Assembly: GCA_964570955.1 (NCBI GenBank)
Contig: CAZNBS010000002.1
Location: forward strand, 1-51,838
Reading direction: 5' to 3'
DNA length: 51,838 bases
DNA from: an uncultured Burkholderiales bacterium
Lineage (GTDB): Bacteria > Pseudomonadota > Gammaproteobacteria > Burkholderiales > SHXO01
Shown: piece after piece, positions 47,732 to 51,838 of the stretch
Layout: every line of letters starts with the position of its first letter
Position numbering within the stretch: the stretch's first letter is position 1
The notes under the pieces: model-generated
What the model was told of the DNA's origin: nothing
Seen by the model: the letters and a program-made list of their open reading frames with translations, nothing else
The model's database searches: none
Program-made: the position numbers and the translations under genes

Positions 47732-48541
47732 TCACGCGCCCGCGGGCTCGGTGGCGCGCTCCTCCTCGGCCTCCCGGTTGAAGAAATGCCGCACGTGCGG
47801 ATTGTCGCTTTTCTCGCGCAGCTCGTGTGGATCGCCCTCGGCGATGATGCCGCGAGCCTCCTTGTGGAGCATGATCACCCGGTCGCAGATGGTGAACGTG
47901 CTCGCGAGGTCATGGGTCACCACCACCACGGTGATGCCGAGCACGCGCGCGAGGCGCAGCACCGTCTGGTCGAATGCGGCCGCGGTGACCGGGTCCAGCC
48001 CCGAGGACGGCTCGTCCAGGAACAGGATCGCCGGATCGAGCGCCATCGCGCGGGCGATCGCCGCGCGCTTCTGCATGCCGCCGGAGAGCTCGGAGGGCAT
48101 GTGGTGCTCGAAGCCCTCGAGCCCGACGAGCTTGAGCTTGAGCCGCGCGATGAGCTCGATCGCGTCGGGTGGCAGCGCGGTGTACTCCTCGAGGGGCAGG
48201 CTCACGTTCTCGAGCAGCGTCATCGACCCGAACAGCGCGCCGAGCTGGTACATGACGCCGATTCGCCGCAGGATCGCAAGTCGCTCCTCGCCCTGGGCCG
48301 TCGCGACGTCGCGCCCCTCGATCAGCACGCGCCCGGCCGCCGGCTCGTAGAGCCCTATGATGTGCCGCACGAGCACGGTCTTGCCGCTGCCCGACCCGCC
48401 GAGAATGCCGAACACCTCGCCCTGGAAGACGTCGAAGGTCACGTTCTCGAGGATGGTGCGGTCGTCGAACGCGGCCTTCAGGCCCTCGACGCGGATCACC
48501 ACCTCCTCGTCGTGCGCGCCGGACCGGTTTGCGTTGCTCAT
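47732..48541 (-). CDS. ABC transporter ATP-binding protein (MlaF-like)
   Basis: Walker A GGSGSGKT, signature LSGGMQKR, Walker B ILFLDEP, H-loop VVVTHD. Confidence 0.93.
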   Translation of the reverse strand: MSNANRSGAHDEEVVIRVEGLKAAFDDRTILENVTFDVFQGEVFGILGGSGSGKTVLVRHIIGLYEPAAGRVLIEGRDVATAQGEERLAILRRIGVMYQLGALFGSMTLLENVSLPLEEYTALPPDAIELIARLKLKLVGLEGFEHHMPSELSGGMQKRAAIARAMALDPAILFLDEPSSGLDPVTAAAFDQTVLRLARVLGITVVVVTHDLASTFTICDRVIMLHKEARGIIAEGDPHELREKSDNPHVRHFFNREAEEERATEPAGA

Positions 48542-48557
48542 GGGCGCGACGGCGGAC

Positions 48558-49676
48558 TCAGATGTCCAGGTAGTAGAACACCACGGCGAAGATCCCGTCC
48601 ACGGCGACGATCAGCACGATGCCGCTCACGACCGCGCTGGTCGCCGAGAGCCCGACCGCCGAGGCGCCGGTGCGCGTCTGCAGGCCGCGCAGGCAGCCGA
48701 CCCCGGCAACCAGCACGCCGAACACCACCGACTTGAACAGGCCGCCGAACAGGTCGTTCAGCTGCACGCGGTTCACCACCTGCAGATAGTAAGTGTAGAG
48801 CGGGATCTCGAAGAGTTGCATCACCATGGCGCCGCCGAGCAGGCCGATCAGCACCGCGAAGGCGCTCAGGAGCGGCATCATCGCCACTGCCGCGAGCATG
48901 CGTGGCACGACGAGAAAGCGCACCGGGTCCAGACCCATCGTCTCGAGCGCGTTCACCTCGTCGTTCACCTTCATGGTGCCGATCTCCGCGGCAAACGCGG
49001 CGCCCGAGCGGCCGGCGAGCAGAATCGCGGTCATGAGCGGGCCGAGCTCGCGCGTCATCGCCAGGCCGACCAGGTCCGCGACGAAGATCTCGGCGCCGAA
49101 CTGGCGCATCGAGATCGCCGACTGGAACGCGAGGATGACGCCCATCAGGAAGCCGATCAGCGCGACGATCGGCAGCGCATTGACGCCCGCCTCCTCGGCG
49201 ACGAGCAGCACATCGCGCCAACGCACCGACGACGGGCGGCGCAGGGCGCCCGCGAGCGCGGTGAGCGCCTCGCCGACGAACGCGACGAGCGCGTAGAGCC
49301 CGACCCAGACCCCGCGACCTGCGCGGCCGAGCCGCTCGACGACCGAGCCGGGCGCCTCGCGCGGCGGAGGCGGTGCGCGGAACTCGGCTGGATCGAACTG
49401 CTCGAGCAGACGGCCGAAACCCTCGCGCAGCCCCTCGATCCGCACCTCCGCGCCGGGCCGGCGCTCGGTGCCCAGCAGATCCACCAGCATCGCGATCCCG
49501 GCGCCGTCACAGTACTCGACGCGGCTGCAGTCGACGACGAAGGGCCGGTCGGGGCTTCCTGCGAGCGCGCGCTTCGCGTCGGCCCAGACCGGCCCGAGCG
49601 AATGCGCGTCGAGCCTTCCGGCCAGCGCGAGCCCGCGGGTCGCACCGTCCGGGGGGGTGATGGTGAGCTCGGCCAT
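48558..49676 (-). CDS. MlaE-like ABC permease fused to an N-terminal STAS domain
   Basis: ATG 49676 gives MAELTITPP.... STAS-like LAGRLDAHSLGPVWADAKRAL...FVVDCSRVEYCDGAGIAMLVDLL, followed by the MlaE core GVNALPIVALIGFLMGVILAFQ and ELGPLMTAILLAGRSGAAFAAEIGTMKVNDEVNALETMG. Confidence 0.88.
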   Translation of the reverse strand: MAELTITPPDGATRGLALAGRLDAHSLGPVWADAKRALAGSPDRPFVVDCSRVEYCDGAGIAMLVDLLGTERRPGAEVRIEGLREGFGRLLEQFDPAEFRAPPPPREAPGSVVERLGRAGRGVWVGLYALVAFVGEALTALAGALRRPSSVRWRDVLLVAEEAGVNALPIVALIGFLMGVILAFQSAISMRQFGAEIFVADLVGLAMTRELGPLMTAILLAGRSGAAFAAEIGTMKVNDEVNALETMGLDPVRFLVVPRMLAAVAMMPLLSAFAVLIGLLGGAMVMQLFEIPLYTYYLQVVNRVQLNDLFGGLFKSVVFGVLVAGVGCLRGLQTRTGASAVGLSATSAVVSGIVLIVAVDGIFAVVFYYLDI

Positions 49677-49788
49677 GGGCGAGAGCGATGCCGGGCGGAG
49701 TGTACCAGCGGCTCTCGCGTGCACGAAGCGGCGGGAACTTTCGCGCCCGCATCGCTTCTTACGGGTCTGTCGCCGAAACGCAGCGAGC

Positions 49789-50715
49789 ATGTCCGATCAG
49801 GAGCAGCAGGCCGTCCTCACCGTCGCGCTGATGACCGCGTTCGCAGACGGCGGCAAGAGCGCGGCGGAGCGCGATGCGGTGAAGCGCATCGCCGAATCGT
49901 TCGGCGCGGCGGTGCCACCGGCCCTGCTGCAGGACGTGCTGCTCAGGCGTGTCAAGCTGCCCGAGGCCGTGCGGCCGCTGGTTGCGCCGGAGCACCGGCA
50001 ACTCGCCTACGAGATGGCGGTCGTGGTGTGCGAGGCCGACGGCGCGCCGAGCGCGGCCGAGCGCGCGTTTCTCGCCGAACTGGAGCGCGCGCTTGGCCTC
50101 GAGCACGTCCGCGCCGAGTCCTTCGTGCGCGACGCCGATGCCGTCGCGTCCGCACCGCTCACCGCGCCGAGCGCGGCCGAGCCCCGGCACGCGAGCGCCG
50201 TGGCGCCGGCCGAACTGGATCAGATGGTCCTCAACTACGCCATCCTCAACGGCGCGCTCGAGCTTCTGCCCGAGTCGCTCGCCACGGTCGCGATCATCCC
50301 GCTGCAGATGAAGATGGTGTACCGCATCGGCCGGGCCCACGGCTTCGAGCTCGACCGCGGGCACATCAAGGATTTCCTCGCGACCGCCGGCGTCGGCCTG
50401 ACGTCGCAGTACCTCGAGCAGGTGGGCGCCAAGCTGATCGGGGGGCTGCTCGGGAAAGTCGGCGGAAAGCTCGCGCGCGGTATCGGGCGGCAGGCGGTGA
50501 GCTCGGGCTTCTCGTTCGCGACCACCTACGCGCTGGGTCACGTCGCCAAGCGCTACTACGGCGGCGGCCGCACGCTGAGCGCGGCGGCGCTCAAGGACGC
50601 CTTCCGGGGCGTGCTCGGCGAGGCCAAGGGCCTGCAGGCGCGCTACGCCGGCGAGATCGAGGCCCGCGCCCGCACCGTCGACCTGCCGCAACTCCTGGCC
50701 GAAGTGCGCAAGTAG
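49789..50715 (+). CDS. TerB-like N-terminal domain protein with a glycine-rich amphipathic C-terminal domain, function unknown
   Basis: ATG 49789. LTVALMTAFADGGKSAAERDAVKRIAE and VVVCEADGAPSAAERAFLAELERALGL resemble TerB-type paired helices. C-terminal GVGLTSQYLEQVGAKLIGGLLGKVGGKLARG. Confidence 0.65.
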   Translation: MSDQEQQAVLTVALMTAFADGGKSAAERDAVKRIAESFGAAVPPALLQDVLLRRVKLPEAVRPLVAPEHRQLAYEMAVVVCEADGAPSAAERAFLAELERALGLEHVRAESFVRDADAVASAPLTAPSAAEPRHASAVAPAELDQMVLNYAILNGALELLPESLATVAIIPLQMKMVYRIGRAHGFELDRGHIKDFLATAGVGLTSQYLEQVGAKLIGGLLGKVGGKLARGIGRQAVSSGFSFATTYALGHVAKRYYGGGRTLSAAALKDAFRGVLGEAKGLQARYAGEIEARARTVDLPQLLAEVRK

Positions 50716-50840
50716 CGCGTCGGCCGCCCCGCGGCCCGCCGCCGGATCCGCGCGCCCTGCTGCGCTCGCAGCCGCGTTGCGGCAAGATGCGTCCGGGCCG
50801 GCGCGCGCCCGCGTACCGCCATCTGCCATTCGGAGGAGAC

Positions 50841-51830
50841 ATGCGCAGTCCGGTGATCGACGTCCACACCCACATGCTCAACCGGGAGTGGCTTGCGCTG
50901 CTCGAGCAGCACGGCGGACCGCGTTACACGCTGCGGGAGGTCGCCGGCGGCCGCCGCGCCATTCACCTCGACGGCGCTCCGTTCATGACGCCGGTGCCGG
51001 CCATGTTCGACTACGACCTCAGAGTGAAGAACATGAGCAGGGCGCGCGTCGACCTGGCGGTCGTGTCGCTCACCTGCCCGAACGTCTACTGGGGCGACGC
51101 CGAGGTGAGCCTCGCGGCCGCGCGCCTCATGAACGACGACATGGCCGCGGCGAAGCGCGCCTACCCCGATCGCATCCGCTGGTTCTGCTCGCTGCCCTGG
51201 CAGCACGCCGAGCCCGCGCTGGTCGAGCTCGCGCGCTCGCTCGCCGCCGGCGCGTCGGGCGTGATGGTGCTCGCCAACATCGCCGGCCGGCCGCTCACCG
51301 ACGCGGCGTTCCAGTCCGTCTGGCGCGCGATCGACGAGGCCGCGCTGCCGGTGCTCGTGCATCCGACCGCGCCGCCCGGCATCGGCGAGATGGCGATGCA
51401 GGAATTCCAGCTCACCACTTCGATCGGGTTCACGTTCGACACCTCGCTTGCGATCGCACGGTGCATCCACGATGGTTTCCTCGATCGCTATCCACGCCTC
51501 AAGCTGATCGCCTCGCACGGCGGCGGCGCGCTGCCGTTCCTGATCGGGCGGCTCGATACCTGCTGGGAGCACATTCCAGCCGCGCGCGCGAAGATTGCGG
51601 AGCGCCCGTCCAACTACGCCCGGCGCATCTACGCCGACTCGGTCGTGTTCCGCCAGGATGCGCTCGAGATGGCGGTGGGCGTGTTCGGTCCCGACAACGT
51701 GCTCTACGGCTCGGACTATCCGCACAACATCGGCGACATGGCCGGCTGCCTCGCGCGGGTCGACGCGCTGCCCGGCGACGTGCGCGCGCGCGTGCGTGGC
51801 GCGAACGCGCGGGAGATCTTCGGGTTCTAG
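50841..51830 (+). CDS. Amidohydrolase-2 family metal-dependent hydrolase/decarboxylase (ACMSD-like)
   Basis: GGAGGAG RBS 2 nt before the ATG. VIDVHTHM metal-binding motif, VLVHP, LIASHGGG, LYGSDYPH. Confidence 0.85.
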   Translation: MRSPVIDVHTHMLNREWLALLEQHGGPRYTLREVAGGRRAIHLDGAPFMTPVPAMFDYDLRVKNMSRARVDLAVVSLTCPNVYWGDAEVSLAAARLMNDDMAAAKRAYPDRIRWFCSLPWQHAEPALVELARSLAAGASGVMVLANIAGRPLTDAAFQSVWRAIDEAALPVLVHPTAPPGIGEMAMQEFQLTTSIGFTFDTSLAIARCIHDGFLDRYPRLKLIASHGGGALPFLIGRLDTCWEHIPAARAKIAERPSNYARRIYADSVVFRQDALEMAVGVFGPDNVLYGSDYPHNIGDMAGCLARVDALPGDVRARVRGANAREIFGF

Positions 51831-51838
51831 CGGCAACC

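Noticed and set aside
48357-51830. Giant 1157-aa plus-strand ORF spanning the whole Mla-like operon region
   Set aside because: Most of it is an Arg/Ala/Gly-rich translation antisense to well-supported minus-strand genes (MlaF, STAS-MlaE), and off-frame relative to the TerB-like gene. Only the last 329 codons, from ATG 50841 with its GGAGGAG RBS, look like a real protein (amidohydrolase). This is a typical high-GC open-frame artefact.
1-51838. Search for CRISPR arrays, IS elements/transposases, integrases, prophage genes and toxin-antitoxin or defence-system signatures
   Set aside because: No direct-repeat/spacer periodicity, no terminal inverted repeats, and no transposase, integrase or nuclease-like ORF was seen by eye. 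The window appears to be purely envelope and EPS biosynthetic.

Overview
High-GC (by eye about two thirds G+C) proteobacterial chromosomal segment. I recognised no rRNA, tRNA, CRISPR array or IS/transposase. The left edge holds the 3' part of glmU and a complete glmS. From about 3.0 to 45.9 kb the window is one very large exopolysaccharide (EPS) super-cluster with five parts. (i) A small accessory group: CE4 deacetylase, GNAT, UPF0489-like protein. (ii) 6.9-27.6 kb: a tightly packed, largely translationally coupled plus-strand operon. Its order is export lipoprotein, Wzz-like chain-length determinant, BY-kinase-like ATPase, beta-barrel protein, ExeA-like AAA ATPase, WecB, deacetylase, FemAB-like protein, two GT4, AsnB-type amidotransferase, GT4, deacetylase, GT4, PaaK/CapK-like ligase, O-antigen-ligase-like protein, deacetylase-like protein. 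This is the order I associate with exosortase A (XrtA/EpsH1) PEP-CTERM EPS loci, yet no exosortase, EpsI or PEP-CTERM substrate is encoded anywhere in the window. (iii) 27.6-40.1 kb: an unusual accessory module that is the best candidate for an undescribed system. It holds an inverted SAM methyltransferase, four more FemAB/BioF2-like GNAT-fold paralogues, a Cys-less AsnB-like adenylating enzyme, a secreted TPR protein, a secreted beta-helix protein, an extremely acidic low-complexity secreted protein and a Wzx-like flippase. (iv) A roughly 1 kb non-coding control region with a repeated TTTGCAAT motif. (v) The priming sugar transferase, a TviB/TviC-like UDP-GalNAcA pair and a Sel1-SLT lytic transglycosylase. 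The right edge carries an Mla/Pqi-like ABC lipid-transport operon (STAS-MlaE fusion, MlaF, MlaD, and a PqiC-like lipoprotein with an apparent frameshift), a TerB-like protein and an amidohydrolase. All family assignments come from reading the translated ORFs and from synteny recalled from memory. No HMM or BLAST search could be run. Many long ORFs in the six-frame track are antisense or off-frame artefacts of the high GC content and were rejected.
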